DNA of 64,000 bases from Squalus acanthias (lineage: Eukaryota), in NCBI GenBank assembly GCA_030390025.1, contig CM059432.1, positions 87,670,001 through 87,734,000 of the forward strand, in the 5' to 3' direction. Positions 1 to 13,190 of this stretch are shown piece by piece; within the stretch, counting starts at the first letter, position 1, and each line of letters starts with the position of its first letter. The notes below the pieces were generated by a model. That model was not told the DNA's origin and did no database searches. It was given only the letters and a program-made list of their open reading frames with translations. The position numbers and the translations under genes are program-made.

Positions 1-140
1 CTGAGCGGAACTTGATGCAAGTTAGGATATGCTCAGCAGAGTTTTGGATAAGCTCAAGTTTATGGAGGGTGGAAGATGGGAGGCTGGCCAGGAAAGCATT
101 GGAATAGTCGAGTCTGGAGGCAACATAATCATGGATGAGA
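1..140 (-). mobile_element. Decayed L2-type LINE fragment
   Basis: Similar to 61135-61260 (ttttggatRagctcaagtttatggagggtgga...gaatagtYgagtctgga); resembles antisense L2 RT sequence. Confidence 0.45.
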
Positions 141-1082
141 GTTCTCCAAATCTAGCTCTGCCTTCTCAACTGATGCAATTGAGATTCTTAAAAATGGTAT
201 AGTTACAGGTAGAATACAGTATTGTAATATTGCATTTACAGTGCATCAGTTTCAAAAAAACATGATACTTTATTATACAAGATGTGGCATGACATTTTCT
301 TTTATCTTAAATACAGTATTTTGATTTCATGAAAAGAAATGATGCAGCAACAGCAGAAAGTCAATTTCCTTTGAAGGCAGATTTGGAAAGGATATTTGTT
401 AGCCTGGTTTTTAGAGAAATGAGGTCACATATGGCTGATGTCATTTTGTGGCTCAGTTTCTGGTCTGTTGTGTGTGCTCCTTTCCACTACAATCCATCAA
501 GAGAACGTCAAGTGCCAAGTATAAGGCTGGACTGCTATTACTTGCCTTATTGCAGGATTCATAATTTATTGCCTTGGGCAGAACTTGATGAAATATCTGA
601 AACTGGCACTGGTTGCTAACTTGTTTATACTGTAATTGTATTTGCCAAGGGAACAGTTTTCCATTAGCAATTACTTGTTGGTGAGCAGCCATTTGAATGA
701 AACAAAAGCTCCTAAACACCATTATAGCTAGCCAAAACCATACAGATCATAGTGGTTCCCTGGCAGATGCAGTGAATTGCCCAAAGGTCTCCACACAGAT
801 GCTTTCAGGAGAGGCACTGTTCAACCAGCAGCAGGACCCATCATGGGCATCACAGGCAGAGCCACAGGCTTTTATTAAAGTCACTCAGAAATCAATAGTT
901 TCCTTTTAACTTTGAATTCTACTAAATGAATAAACTCATTTACATAGGTCCAATTCATATATTTATTAATTTAGTAAGTCATTTCATTCAATGAATTTTA
1001 AGGATTAGCAGTTTAAACACAAATCAATAAATTTAAATTGCCATGAATTTTCCATGATTTTGAAATTGTGTTGTGTGATATC

Positions 1083-2240
1083 AGAATCATAGAATAGTAC
1101 AGCCATTCGGCCCATCGAGTCTTTCGAAGAGCAATCCAGTTAGTCCCACTCCCCCGCTCTTACCCCAATTCCCTGCAATTGTTTCTCCGTCAAGTATTTA
1201 TCTAATTCCATTTTGAAGGCTACTATTGAATCTGTAGCCACCACCCTATCAGGCATCATTTTTAATCATAACCACTCGTTGTGTAAAAAAGTTTCCTCAT
1301 GTCGCCTCTGTTTTTTTTGCCAATCACCTTAAATCTGTGCCCTCTTGTTATCGACCCTTCAGCCATTGGAAACAGCTTCTCTTTATTTATTCTATCTAAA
1401 CTCTTCATGATTTTAAACATCTTTATGTAAGGAAATCTCTTTAAATTCAATTAAATGATTCCTGGTTGTCGAGCGTATTGTTCAAATACAAGTTTATTAC
1501 TCAGACGCCAATAGTATAATAACTTACGGTTATACAATAAACTCATACAACCTGGTTTCCTGCAGACCCAAGGTGATCAAGCTTGACTTTCATAGGTGTT
1601 GGCCTTCCGACTGTCCCATGAGCTCTAACTACACGATGGCTGTTACCTGTTCTTATGTATCTCTCTTTACCCATCTGTCACATGTCCAAAAGACCTTCCA
1701 TACATCCTTAAAGGATTTTCCCCTTTAATATGAGTCATATCACATGATACCCAGAATGTATATTGAAGTGAGGTTCCTTCTCACCAAACCTCCAGACCTT
1801 GATGGTTTAATTGCTAATCAATTTAACCTGATGTTTCCTGCCTAACGTTATAGGAGATGCCCTGGACAATCCCAGATAGTTAATGTGATTACTGGCTGGC
1901 CTATTCATCAGTTTTCTGCCCATCCATTGTTCCAGCTAACCTCCAATATTAATACATATCCTTATCTGACAATGACCTTAAGATGTGATTAACTTTGATG
2001 GGACACTTGACAAAAGCAAATTCTAACACCTCTATCAAATCTCCTCTGAGCCTTTTTTGCTCTAAGGAGAACAACCCCAGCTTCTCCAGTCTATCCACGT
2101 AACTGTAATCCATCATCCCTGGAACCATTCCTGTAAATCTCTTCTGTACCCTCTCCAAAGCCTTCAAGTCCTTCCAAAGGTGTGGTGCCCAGAATTGGAC
2201 ACAATACTCCCGCTGCGGCCGAACTAGTGTTTTATATAGA
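1083..2240 (-). mobile_element. CR1 LINE 3' fragment interrupted by a ~600-bp insert
   Basis: ORFs 1262-1450 and 1949-2314 contain CR1 ORF2 C-terminal motifs (YCVQFWAP, LGLFSLE, TRGH); CR1-type tail near 1085. Confidence 0.85.
1426..2028 (-). mobile_element. Probable solo LTR
   Basis: TGTAAGG...AATTCTAACA termini; inserted within a CR1 that resumes at 2029; imperfect flanking duplication tcttta/cctcta; AATAAA on minus strand near 1493-1498. Confidence 0.5.
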
Positions 2241-2849
2241 CATGGTAATGTGGTTGTCTGAAGATCCTCAGTATTTTTAGCAACTTCAAGTGTTAGCAAA
2301 AAGCTAACTGTCATACTGGCTCTTCACTAACACTAAGGCCGGGAAATTGGACTCTCTTGCGCCGGCTGTTAAAGGCGGTTTGGAAGAAAAAATGGTGGCT
2401 GCCTCGCTTCCGGCCTCTTCTGGTGTGTCCTGCGGCGGCTGCCATATTGGGCAGGTCAGCAGCACTGCCGTTGCCTGCGCTTGTTGCTGATATGGAAATG
2501 AGGCAGATTTTGACGTCAATGAGTGTGCAACCCTGATTTGACTTGCGATCTGCCACGTTGAACGTCGCTGCTCCTTTTTACCCCCTCTCCAAATCACGAC
2601 CAGCTGACCATGTGTTCAGCAGCAGGAAGGACCCCCCACCAGCGATATTTAAAGGGATCATCAACAACTTGCAGCTGACTTGCTTTTTGATTTGTACTGG
2701 CTCTGTGTAAGTTTGTGCAACTGTTTGGAGCTTTCTAGAGTTGTTTAAAGTTGGTGAAGTGACAGGGAATGTTGCTGCAAGTGGTGAGGGCCTTGCTTCT
2801 CATTTAAAGAGTTCTGCTCACACCACTTGCTCTACTTGCAGCCCCCCTC

Positions 2850-3989
2850 GCGCTTGAGTATGACAGGGAGATGGAGAGGCAGCAAAGAAGAGAACAAGTT
2901 GCACGCAGAGTCAGGAGGAGGGGCAGAAGGACTCTCAGCAGGAGGCCTTAACCACCTAGGGTCTTCTGAGAGCACTTCTACCTGCAACTAGGCCAGGAGC
3001 AGTGTATTAGGAGGCCCCACTTCACCAAGGAGTTGGTCACAGAACTCTGCCATCTCCGGCAACCAGACCTGCAGCCTGAGAGCAGGGCGATGACGGTGCT
3101 GTCAGTGGCCCTCAAGGTCAGCGTGGCCCTCAATTTTTTCGCCACCAGATCCTTACAGTCTGGAGCAGGAGCCATAGCTAACATCTCCCAGTTCGCCGTC
3201 CATCGCTGCATCCGGGAGGCCACAGAGTCTCTGTACTCCAGGAGAAGGGACTTAATTGTCTTCACTCTGAACAGAGAGAAGCAGGATGAGCACGCATGTG
3301 CCTTTGCCAGGATAGCGGGCTTCCCCATGGTGCAGGGCGCCATTGATTCCACACACGTGGCTTTGCGGGCGCCGCATAGCAATGGCTACCGCTCACTTAA
3401 TGTGCAGTTGGTGTGCGACCACGCCCAGCACATAATGGTGGTGAATGCTCGGTATCCTGGTAGCAGTCATGATGCCTTCATTCTGCATCAGTCTGGTGTG
3501 CCAGCAATCTTCCAGCAACCACATCAAACCCGAGGATAGCTCGGCGACAAGGGCTATCTGCTCTGCACCTGGCTGATGACTCTTCTCTGCAACCCCAGTA
3601 CTCATGGCCAGCAATCATATATTGAGAGCCATGCTGCCACGAGAAACCTCATCAAGCAGACCATTGGGGTGCTAAAGCAATGATTCCACTGCCTTGACTG
3701 CTTGGAAGGAGCCTTGCAGTACACACCGGAGCAGGTGTCCCATTTCCTGGTGATCTGCTGCATGCTCCACAACTTGGCCATCATGAGAGCGCAGCCCTTG
3801 CCATCATGGGTTCCAGGACCAGCTCAGGAGGAGGAAGAGGAGGAGGAAGAGGAGGAAAAGGAGGAGGAAGAGGAGGAAGAGAAGGAAGAGGAAGAAGGGG
3901 AGGAGGAGGAGGAAGGGAGAAGGCAGGCAGCAGATCCCCATTCCGGATGGGTTGTCTGTGAGAGCCTCATCAGACTCCGGTTCCAATGA
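2850..3989 (+). pseudogene. Harbinger DDE transposase, disrupted
   Basis: GAIDSTH, YPGSSHD, MLHN motifs and poly-Glu tail; stop at 3537-3539 and further lesions; homologous to 24139-25386. Confidence 0.9.
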
Positions 3990-4335
3990 ATGAAACCCCA
4001 GATCCCCGTTGCTCACCACTTCCCCACCTTACCATCCCTCTGTCATGAAACATCACAGCGTCCTCCTGGGCACAAAGCTGAAATGAGGCCAACCACAAAA
4101 CAAACATTCCAAACATAATTTATAAATTTATCAAATCCAAATCAAAACAACTTCAACTAATCACCCTTGTGCAGTCCTTAGTGTATGTCTTTCGTGTTCC
4201 TTTTCCTACTCTAGTGTTCCTATGCAGTGCTCCCCCATTGGCTGTGGCATGGCTGGTGGAAGGCTGCTGACTTTCAGTGGTAGGGGGAGACTGCAGATGG
4301 CCTTGCAGGATGACCTTGAGCAGCTCTGGGCCTCG

Positions 4336-6600
4336 CAGTTTCCTTTGTTTAGATTTAGGTCCAATCCGAAACTAGGGTCCTAAATCTAAACAAAGGAAAC
4401 TATGATGGTATGAGGAGTGAGTTGGCTATGATAGATTGGGGAGCTTCATTAAAAGGCATGACGGTGGATAGGCAATGGCTAACATTTAAGGAACGAATTC
4501 ATGAATTGCAACAGTTATACATTCCTTTCTGGCGCAAAAACACGAAAGGAAAAGCGGTCCAACCATGGCTAACAAAAGAAATTAAGGATAGTATTAGATC
4601 CAAAGAGGAGTAATATAAAGTTACCAGAAAAAGTAACCTGAGGATTGGGAGCAGTTTAGAGTTCAGCAATAAAGGACCAAGAGATTGATTAAGAGGGGAA
4701 AAATAGAGTATGAGAGTAAACTTGCAAGGAACATAAAAGCAGATTGTAAAAGCTTCTACAAGTATGTAAAAAGAAAAAGATTAGTGAAGATAAATGTAGG
4801 TCCCTTACAGTCAGAAACAGGAGAATTTATAATGGGAACAAGGAAATGACAGAACAATTAAACAAATACTTTGTTTCTGTCTTCACAGAAGAGGACACAA
4901 ATAATTTCCCAGAAATGCTAGGGAACCAAGGGTCTAATGAGAAAGAAGAATTAAAGGAAATTAGTATTAGTAAAAAAATAGTGCTAGAGAAATTAATGGG
5001 ACTGAAAGCTGATAAATCCCCAGGGCCTGATAGTCTGCATCCCAGCGTACTAAAAGAGGTAGCCATGGAAATAATGGATGCATTGGTTGTCATCTTCCAA
5101 AATTCTATAGATTATGGAACAGTTCCTGCAGATTGGAGGGTGGCAAATGTAACCCCACTATTTAAAAAAGGTGGGAGAGAGAAAACAGGGAACTACAGAC
5201 CAGTTAGCCTAACATCAGTAGTAGGGAAAATGCTAGAGTCTATTATAGAGGATGTGATAACAGGACACTTAGAAAATATCAACGGAATTAGACAATGTCT
5301 ACATGGATTTATGAAAGGGAAATCGTGTTTGACAAACCTACTGGAGTTTTTTGAGGATGTAACTGGTAGAATAGATAAGGGAGAACCAGTGGATGTGGTG
5401 TATTTGGATTTTCAGAAGGCCTTTGATAAAGTCCCACATAAGAGGTTAGTGTGCAAAATTAAAGCACATGGGATTGGGGGTAATATACTGGCATGGATTG
5501 AAAATTGGTTAACAGACAGGAAACAGAGAGTAGGAATAAATGGATATTTTTTGGGGTGGCAGGAGGTGACTAGTGGGGTACCACAGGGATCAGTGCTTGG
5601 GCCCCAGCTATTCACAATATATATCAATGATTTGGATGAGGGAACCAAATGTAATATCTCCAAGTTTGCTGACGACACAAAACTAGGTGGGATTGTGAAT
5701 TGTGAGGAGGATGCAAAGAGGCTTCAAGGCGATTTAGACAAGTTGAGTGAGTGGGCAAATACATGGCAGATGCAGTATAACGTGGATAAATGTGAAGTTA
5801 TCCACTTCGGTAGGAAAAACAGAAAGGCAGAGTATTATTTAAATGGTGATAGATTGGGAAATGCTGATGTACAAAGGTACCTGGGTGTCCCTGTACACCA
5901 GTCACTGAAAGCAAACATGCAGGTGCAGCAAGCAGTTAGGAAGGCAAATGGTATGTTGGCCTTCATTGCAAGAAGATTTGAGTACAGGAGCAAGGATGTC
6001 TTACTACAGTTATACAGGGCCTTGGTGAGACCACACCTGGAGTACTGTGTGCAGTTTTGGTCTCCTTACCTAAGAAAGGATATACTTGCCATAGAGGGAG
6101 TGCAGCGAAGGTTCACCAGACTGATTCCTGGGATGGCAGGACTGTCGTATGAGGAGAGGTTGGGTCGACTAGGCCTGTATTCACTAGAGTTTAGAAGAAT
6201 GAGAGGTGATCTCATTGAAACGTATAAAATTCTGACAGGGCTAGACAGACTGGATGCAGGGAGGATGTATCCCCTGGCTGGGGGGTCTAGAACGAGGGGT
6301 CACAGTCTCAGGAAAATGGGGTAGGACATTTAGGACTGAGATGAGGAGAAATTTCTTCACTCAGAGGGTGGTGAACCTATGAAATTCTCTACCACAGAAG
6401 GCTGTGCAGGCCAAGTCACTGAATATATTTAAGAAGGAGATAGATAGATTTCTAGACACAGAAGGCATCAAGGGGTATGGGGAGAGAGCGGGAATATGGT
6501 ATTGAGATAGAGGATCAGCCATGACCATATTGAATGGCGGAGCAGGCTCGAAGAGCTGAATGGCCTACTCCTGCTCCTATTTTTCTATGTTTCTATGTTT
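4336..6600 (+). mobile_element. 5'-truncated CR1 LINE
   Basis: RT ORF 4846-6324 (GVPQGSVLGP, KFADD); (TTCTATGT)n tail; CTCG duplication at 4332-4335 and 6601-6604. Confidence 0.95.
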
Positions 6601-6734
6601 CTCGAAGGCCCGGCTGTAGACTGCACCACCTTGGCATGGGCGGCCGCAGTCTGGGCTGGCTGGATGACACGCAGCAGCAAAGGCAGTGGCAGAGTGGCAG
6701 TGGTGGGAATAGGAATGCTGTCATCCTGAGAGAG

Positions 6735-6941
6735 ATGTGAGAAGTCGCACAACACCAGGTTATAGTCCAACAGCTTTATTTGAAATCACAAGCTTTCGGA
6801 GCGCTGCTCCTTCGTCAGGTCACCTGACGAAGGAGCAGCGCTCCAAAAGCTTGTGATTTCAAATAAAGCTTTTGGACTATAAGCTGGTGTTGTGCGACTT
6901 CTCACATTTGTCCACCCCAGTCTAACACCGGCATCTCCACA
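6735..6941. mobile_element. Penelope-like terminal fragment: 86-bp inverted repeat containing minimal hammerhead ribozyme cores
   Basis: Arms 6735-6820 and 6822-6907; CTGACGA-stem(GGAGC/GCTCC)-GAAA core; TCATCCTGAGAGAG duplicated at 6721-6734 and 6942-6955. Confidence 0.8.
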
Positions 6942-9483
6942 TCATCCTGAGAGAGGGCAGCAAGTTCTTGCTCCATGGAGCCAATGCCACTCCCACAGGG
7001 CGGTGCCTAAGCATTCCTAGCCATCTGTTGGGGGACAGATTGTGACACTTGCAAGCCCCTTTCCACACTGGTAAACCCAGCCACTATGGCAACAGTCTGA
7101 GCTTCCACTGCAGCACTAACACATTGGGTTACTTCTGCCTGTGCTGCAATGGAAGCTGTGACATCACCCATCTCACGCAGCATCATGGCTGGGTCCACAA
7201 GGTCTCTCATGGAGTCGCCTATCATTTCCATCCTGGAAATCACGGGCTCCAAGCTCCGCGCAAAGCCCCGTGCAATATTGGAGCCGGACTCCCCCATACT
7301 CCTTGACACTGACAAGAGGCTTTCTGGCAGGCTTGCCATTGCACCAAGCTTTTCTGTGTGCATGCCCATCACCCTTCTTCTGAAGGCTGCCCCATCGAAG
7401 TCATCATCTGAGCCCTGTGCAGCAGAACGTTTGCACAAACTCGTCCTCTGGGGAGCTGGCACCTGAGCTACCCTTTCCCCCTGGCCTGGCTGCTGCCCAT
7501 TTGTGTCTGGTGACTCACCCTGTGCAGATCCCACCTCTATACTACTCTCTAAAGTCCGCGCAGTGCCATTTTCTGCACTGCCTGCGAGTGTCAGATGCAG
7601 TGACGGTGTGTCTTCTCCTTCATTGTCCTCCTCCATCACTTCGGGGAATGGCTGTGCTGGTGGGACTTCTTGGGTATCTGAAAGGAGAAAGGCACAAGGG
7701 TCGGGTTGTGGTGAGGGGAGGGGTAAAAGAAGATATCCATGCATACACCATCAGCAGGTTGTAAGTGAGAAGAGATTGTGGGAAGAGGGGGAAGTGGGAT
7801 GTGAGAATAAGGATTAGGTATGAGTATACCGTCATCATCAGCAATGCTTTCAACTTCCCCGCTCACCACGGACTCTGTGATGACCCCTCCAAGGATCTCC
7901 AGCACTGCTTCCTCCAGCTCTGTCAGGGTCTGCAGACGGGCTTCCCATCCACCCCTCTACTGTTGCTCTGGGCGGTTATGAGCGTCCTTTGCCTGCAAGA
8001 GAAATGGAAGTGTGACAGTGAGGGTGAAGTGAAGCTATTTGTGTGAGGTATGAGTGGTGATTGCTTGAGATTATTGGTAGGTGAGTGATGGGAGTGTGGT
8101 GCATTGAGCAGTGTGTGAGGCTAGAGGTGCAGATGGCAGGATATGGCATTTGAAAATGCATTCATTCACCTTGACCACTCGTGTGAGGTCATTAAACTTC
8201 TTGTGGCACTGGAACCAGGTCCTGGGGACAACAATCGTTGCACTGACAGCTTCTGCTATCTCCTCCCACTGCCTTCTGCTGTTTTGCCTTGAAGGCCCTC
8301 TGCTTTCCTGCGAGTAGAGGACCTGACGGCGTCTTTGAACCCCCAGGACCAAGGCCTCCAGTGCTGCATCGGAAAATCTCCTCACCCTCTCTCTTGGCTG
8401 TTGGGCCATGGCTCTCTCCACGTTGACAATGAGGTGCTTCTGCAACAAAGCACCTCCCCTTTAAGTAATGCAGAGAGAATAGGCCAAACTTTATTGGCCA
8501 GTAGACTGCACCCAATATTGGCCCCCTTGTTCAGCGCTAAGCCAATCAGCAGTGCGTTTAGTGATGAACTCAGTACTGCAATCATTATAATGAACAGGCA
8601 GCACGAATTTTGCATGCTGCCTGCTCCACTTTGCGCTTGCGTTTCCCGCGGCCATTTTTGGGACTTATCCAATTTCTAGGCCACAAAGTTTAAGAAGCAT
8701 TTGAGACAAACACTGTGCATAATGTATAGGTTATTGTGTGCAAAACTCCATTTACCTGACCAAAAAGTCAGTGTTATTCAACACTGAGGGCTCACCATCA
8801 CTCTAAAGAGGGTTAAGGATAATTCCTTGTGGCTGGAGAAGAACTTGGAGTGGGAGGAGGAGGCTCCAGTTGTCGTGGTCCATGTAGCAACCAACGACGT
8901 AGGTAGAACTAGGAATGAGGTTCTGCTGAGAGAGTTTGAGGAGCTAGGGTCAAAATTAAAACACAGAACCTCACAGGTAATAATCTCTGGATTGTTACCT
9001 GAGCCACGCACAAATTGGCAAAGGGACAAACAGATTAGAAGGTTAAATGCATGGCTGAAAGAGTGGTGTGGAAGGCAGGGGTTTCAATTCATGGGGCACT
9101 GGCACCAGTACTGGGGAAAGAGGGAGCTGTTCCTTTGGGACAGGCTCCACATAAACTGGGCTGGGACCAGTGTTCTGGCGAATTGAATAACTAGGGTGGT
9201 AGATAGGGCTTTAAACTAATGAAGAGGGTCGAGAGGATTCAGGAAAGGGTAAGAGAAAGGTCAAGGCTGTAGAGCAACGTAGCGATTAGGGTAAAAAGAA
9301 GTAGAATGGGTCAGGAAGGGACAGAGGGGCATTAGTGAATAAGATGACATCAGGGAAAAATAGAAATAAGCTAAAGCTAAAGGCACTATATCTGAATGCG
9401 CGAAGCATTCACAACAAATTGGATGAATTGATAGCACAGATAGAAATAAATGGTTTTGAACTAGTAGCTATTACGGAGACGTG

Positions 9484-10329
9484 GGGCTGGACTTTCTCAA
9501 TGGAGACGTGCTGGAGGCGGGACTTCTGGTTTCCGGGTTTCAGTCCCGCCCCCAGCGATGTCTGACCAACCCACGCTATTTTCCCTTGATTGGCCTTGTT
9601 AAGCCTGCCCTGCGGGCTCACCAGCCAATGAAGGGAAAGCCGGTGACAGATGACGTCAGCGTATGGCGCTTCATTTGTCGAAAATTTTTTGACAGATGAA
9701 TTGTCAGCATTTGACAGCTTTGAGAAGCTGTCAAACACTGACAATCTCTGTTCAAAGGTGAGCCCTTGCACAGAAGGCTCACCAAGACCTCTCTCCTCAG
9801 CAGAAAGCAGATGGCTGCTGCATCTGAGAATGCAGCAGCCATTCTGTCATCTCTGCTGTTGAGATGAGGCACCTCCGGATCCTCAAAGGTTGAAACCTGC
9901 AGAAAGAAGCAAAGGTAAGGAAACTTTTTCCAACACTTTACACTCACCTCTCATACTTACCTCTCCACACTTGCACCCATCACTCACCTCTACAGCGGAC
10001 ATTTCGACCCCTCTCACCCCCACAGACCCACTGCTCACCTCGCTGACCCTGGCGAGGTTCGCAGCCATCGAGAAGCCCGCAATTGCAGGCGTAAAATGGG
10101 GAAACGCCTCAAAACTACCTGTTAGCTACCTGTTAACAGGCAATTAATTGGCTCTAATCTCCTTCCCGCCTTGAGGAGACGGGTCCCTGTGCGACTTGGG
10201 GACCCACCTCCTGGGAAGATGGCACGGAGGTGGGTTGGGAGCGAGGTCAGTACCCGCTCCCAGTTTCTGCCATTTTCCCGGCAGTCCCGCCTCCATACCT
10301 GCCTCCCCAGGGCTGGGAAAATTCCCCCT
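9484..10329. mobile_element. Harbinger-type non-autonomous element (MITE)
   Basis: Splits the CR1 ITETW codons; GTG on both flanks; imperfect TIRs GGGCTGGACTTTC / GAAAATTCCCCCT. Confidence 0.7.
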
Positions 10330-10361
10330 GTGGTTGCAGAGTGACCAAGGTTGGGAACTAA

Positions 10362-11254
10362 GGGGTAAAAATTCAGTTGGTTGCGCCTCCCGTTAGCGCC
10401 TTAAGAGGGCGCTAATGGGGCGCAAAGCCGCTAACGCCCGGGCGCAGCGATGTTTGCGCCGCTCGGGAACTTAACTAGAGATTGTGCGGCGGCGCTAAAC
10501 TTTACCGCTGCGACCACCTGCGCGCGCAGATTGTGACGTCATTCCATGGTGCAACGCCCTTGTGGCGCCCCGGAGCGGAAATTGAGTGGCGCCCCCTGCC
10601 TTACTGCCTGGCGCATCCAACGACCAGAAGACTGGAATGCTATCAATCGCTGTGGGGCTGGGGGGGGCGCTATTTAAAGGGGGCCTCTTCCTGTCTTTTA
10701 TTGTTGGTGGCATTTTTGAACTACGCATTCTGAGAGCGAGAGGGAGAGACTTCTGGAGAGATTCAACGTTGTGTGAAGGAGTTTTGGGTACTGAGCAGCA
10801 CTTTGCAGGTTCATTTTGATTTGCCATTCCTTGTATCGATTTAGCAGAGACTGTGGGAGCTGCACTCTGAGCTCTTTGCCTGATACTCTCCATTGTTCTT
10901 TCCAGCACATTTGATGTGCAAGTCTCTCCAGGCCGAGATTCAAGGCTGCAATGAATAGGATGTAGATGGAAAGCAAGATTAACCATCCCCTTTAAGAACT
11001 GGCCCATGCCATTGTGTGTGTGTTCCATTGCTGACTGACATTACATGAGCTTCGCCAGCGCTCTGAGGTAGCGCCTCACTCCTTGGCCTTTGCGCCTTAA
11101 GACAGGTGTGCAGCGCCTGATTTAGCGCTCCACTCACCTCCCGGGGCGGTAAAAGTGAAGTTTCCAGTCAGTGCCGATAATTAGCGGCAGGCGCTAATAT
11201 TTGCGTCCAGACGATATTTGCGCCCCAAATGGGGCGTGACCTAATTTTTACCCC
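10362..11254. mobile_element. Harbinger MITE (893 bp) cognate to the autonomous element at 21649-25811
   Basis: TIR GGGGTAAAAATT at both ends; TAA target duplication; terminal few hundred bp nearly identical to both ends of 21649-25811. Confidence 0.95.
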
Positions 11255-11838
11255 TAAATATTCCAGGATACTTGACTTTTGGAAGAGATAGTCAAAATGG
11301 AAAAATGGGGAATAAGGAAATGGCGGAGACATGAAACAAATATTTTGTATCTGTCTTCACGGAAGAAGACACAGAAATAGTGGGCAACCAAGGATCTAGT
11401 GAGAATGAGGGAGTTAAGGAAATTAATATTAGTAAAGAAACAGTACTGGAGAAATTAATGGGACTAAAAGCTGACAAATACCCTGGACCTGATGTTCTAC
11501 ATCCTAGGGTTTTAAAGAGATAGTGGATGCATTGGTTTTGATCTTCCAGAATTCCCTAGATTCCAGAACGGTCCCCTCGGATTGGAAGGTAGCAAATGAA
11601 ACTCCGCTATTCAAGAAAGGAGGGAGAGAGAATACGGAACTATAGACCAGTTAGCCAGCATCAGTAGTAGGGAAAATACATGAATCTATTATTGGGGAAG
11701 TGGTGACAGGGCACTTAGAAAATCATAGGGCCTGAATTTCCAATCGGAGGTTTCGTGCGGGCAGATGCCTCCAATCGGAAAAAATTGACGAACTTACCTG
11801 CTGGCTCCATAGGTCCCAAGGCTTGCGATCCTGGGTCT

Positions 11839-12690
11839 CTCTCCCAGTTCCCTAAACTCTGCCTGCAGGACCTCATCCCTCTTTCTGCCTATGTCATTGG
11901 TACCGATATGGACAACGATCTCTGGCTGTTCACCCTCCCCCCTCAGAGTGTCCTGCAGCCGCTCAGTGACATCCTTGACCCTGGCACCAGGACGGCAACA
12001 TACTATCCTGGAGTCACGTCTGCGGCCGCAGAAACGCCTGTCTGCTCCCCTAACTATCGAATCCCCTACCACTATTGCTCTTCCACTCTTTTTCCTCCCC
12101 ATCTGTGCAGCTGAGCCGCCTGTGGTGCCATGGACTTGTCTCTGGCTGCACTCCCCAGAGGAATCATCTGTAATAGAACAGAATACTGGTTGGAGAGCGA
12201 GATGCACTCCGAGGACTCCTGCACTACCTGCCTGGTCCTCCTCTTCTGTCTGGTGGTCACCCATTCCCTCTCTACCTGCACACTCTTAAGCTTCAGGGTG
12301 ACTACCTCCAGAACCGTGCTATCCACGTAACTCTCAGCCTCGCGGATGCACCGCAGTGACTCCAGCCGCCGCTCAAGCTCCAAAACCCTGAGCTCGAGTT
12401 GCAGTAGCTGGTGACACTTCCTGCACATGTGGTCGTCCAGGCTACACGAAGCGTCCAGGACTTCCCACATGGCACAGGATGTGCACTCCACAGGACTGAG
12501 CTGCCCTGTCATGCCTCTATTTAATAGACTAAGAACTAACCCACTGATCTAACTTAGAGAGAAAAAGACAAAGGTAATACTCACCAACCAATCACTTATC
12601 TGCTGTCCTGTGACGTCACTCCTTGAATTTTTTTTCGCCGAATATATACTGCCGCCTCCGCTGCTCGGCATCCGCTCAGGTCCACGCTCT
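11839..12690 (-). mobile_element. CR1 5' fragment (5'UTR plus frameshifted ORF1)
   Basis: CxxCxMW...CxKC zinc finger, coiled coil, VVGDSIVR and HIGTND esterase motifs. Confidence 0.85.
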
Positions 12691-12719
12691 AGTGAGAATG
12701 AGGGACTTAAAATATTATG

Positions 12720-13190
12720 GGCCAGATTTTCCGACCCCCACGGGTGCGTACGAGGTGCCATGAGGGCCATGCAAGTACTGAGTTTAGGCATGCGAAGCGC
12801 TTGCGCCAAAACCCAGCACTTGCGCTCTGTCAAGAATCCTCTTGACAGATCGCACGTCTGCCTGGGAGAAGGGCCTCCGCGGACAGAGAGTTCCGCTTTC
12901 TGCACAACTTCTGCCCACTGAAAATCTTTAAAAATCTTATGCCTGGTAAAAGCAGGCTTTCATTATTTTTTTCAAAAAATTAAATTTTTGTTTAAAATAT
13001 TTAATTTAATGTCATTTTTATTAATTTTAAATATGTGATTAAAAAAAAATTATTTAATGTTTTACTGTGTTTTTTAAGTGATTACCATTCATACTTTTGA
13101 CAGATCCGTGCGTAGAGACCTGTCAAAAGTGTGATGGGGATTCCTTTCTTTGATTGGTTCCCCATGGCCCATGTGATCCCAGGGACTCTT
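12720..13190. mobile_element. Probable MITE fragment
   Basis: GGGCCAGATTTTCC TIR-like start, similar to GGGCCTGAATTTCC at 11728; GC-rich then AT-rich body. Confidence 0.45.

Larger units (their letters stand above)
4170..8408 (-). pseudogene. Harbinger Myb/SANT-like DNA-binding gene, spliced, disrupted by insertions
   Basis: RFSDAALEALV...WEEIA...RTWFQCHKKFNDL exon followed by a GT donor; downstream exons homologous to 22528-23826. Confidence 0.8.
2337..8682. mobile_element. Degenerate Harbinger/PIF DNA transposon (copy A) with nested CR1 and Penelope-type inserts
   Basis: TIR-like ends GGCCGGGAAATTGG / CCAATTTCTAGGCC; convergent transposase and Myb/SANT pseudogenes; left flank TAA but right flank does not match. 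Confidence 0.75.
8800..11727 (+). mobile_element. CR1 LINE fragment (ORF1 esterase end, ORF2 start) interrupted by two MITEs
   Basis: ORF 8827-9186 (HVATND esterase block) and ORF 9335 (LYLNARSI...ITETW endonuclease). Confidence 0.85.

Noticed and set aside
329..909. Short ORFs near the window start
   Set aside because: No homology evident; lengths expected by chance
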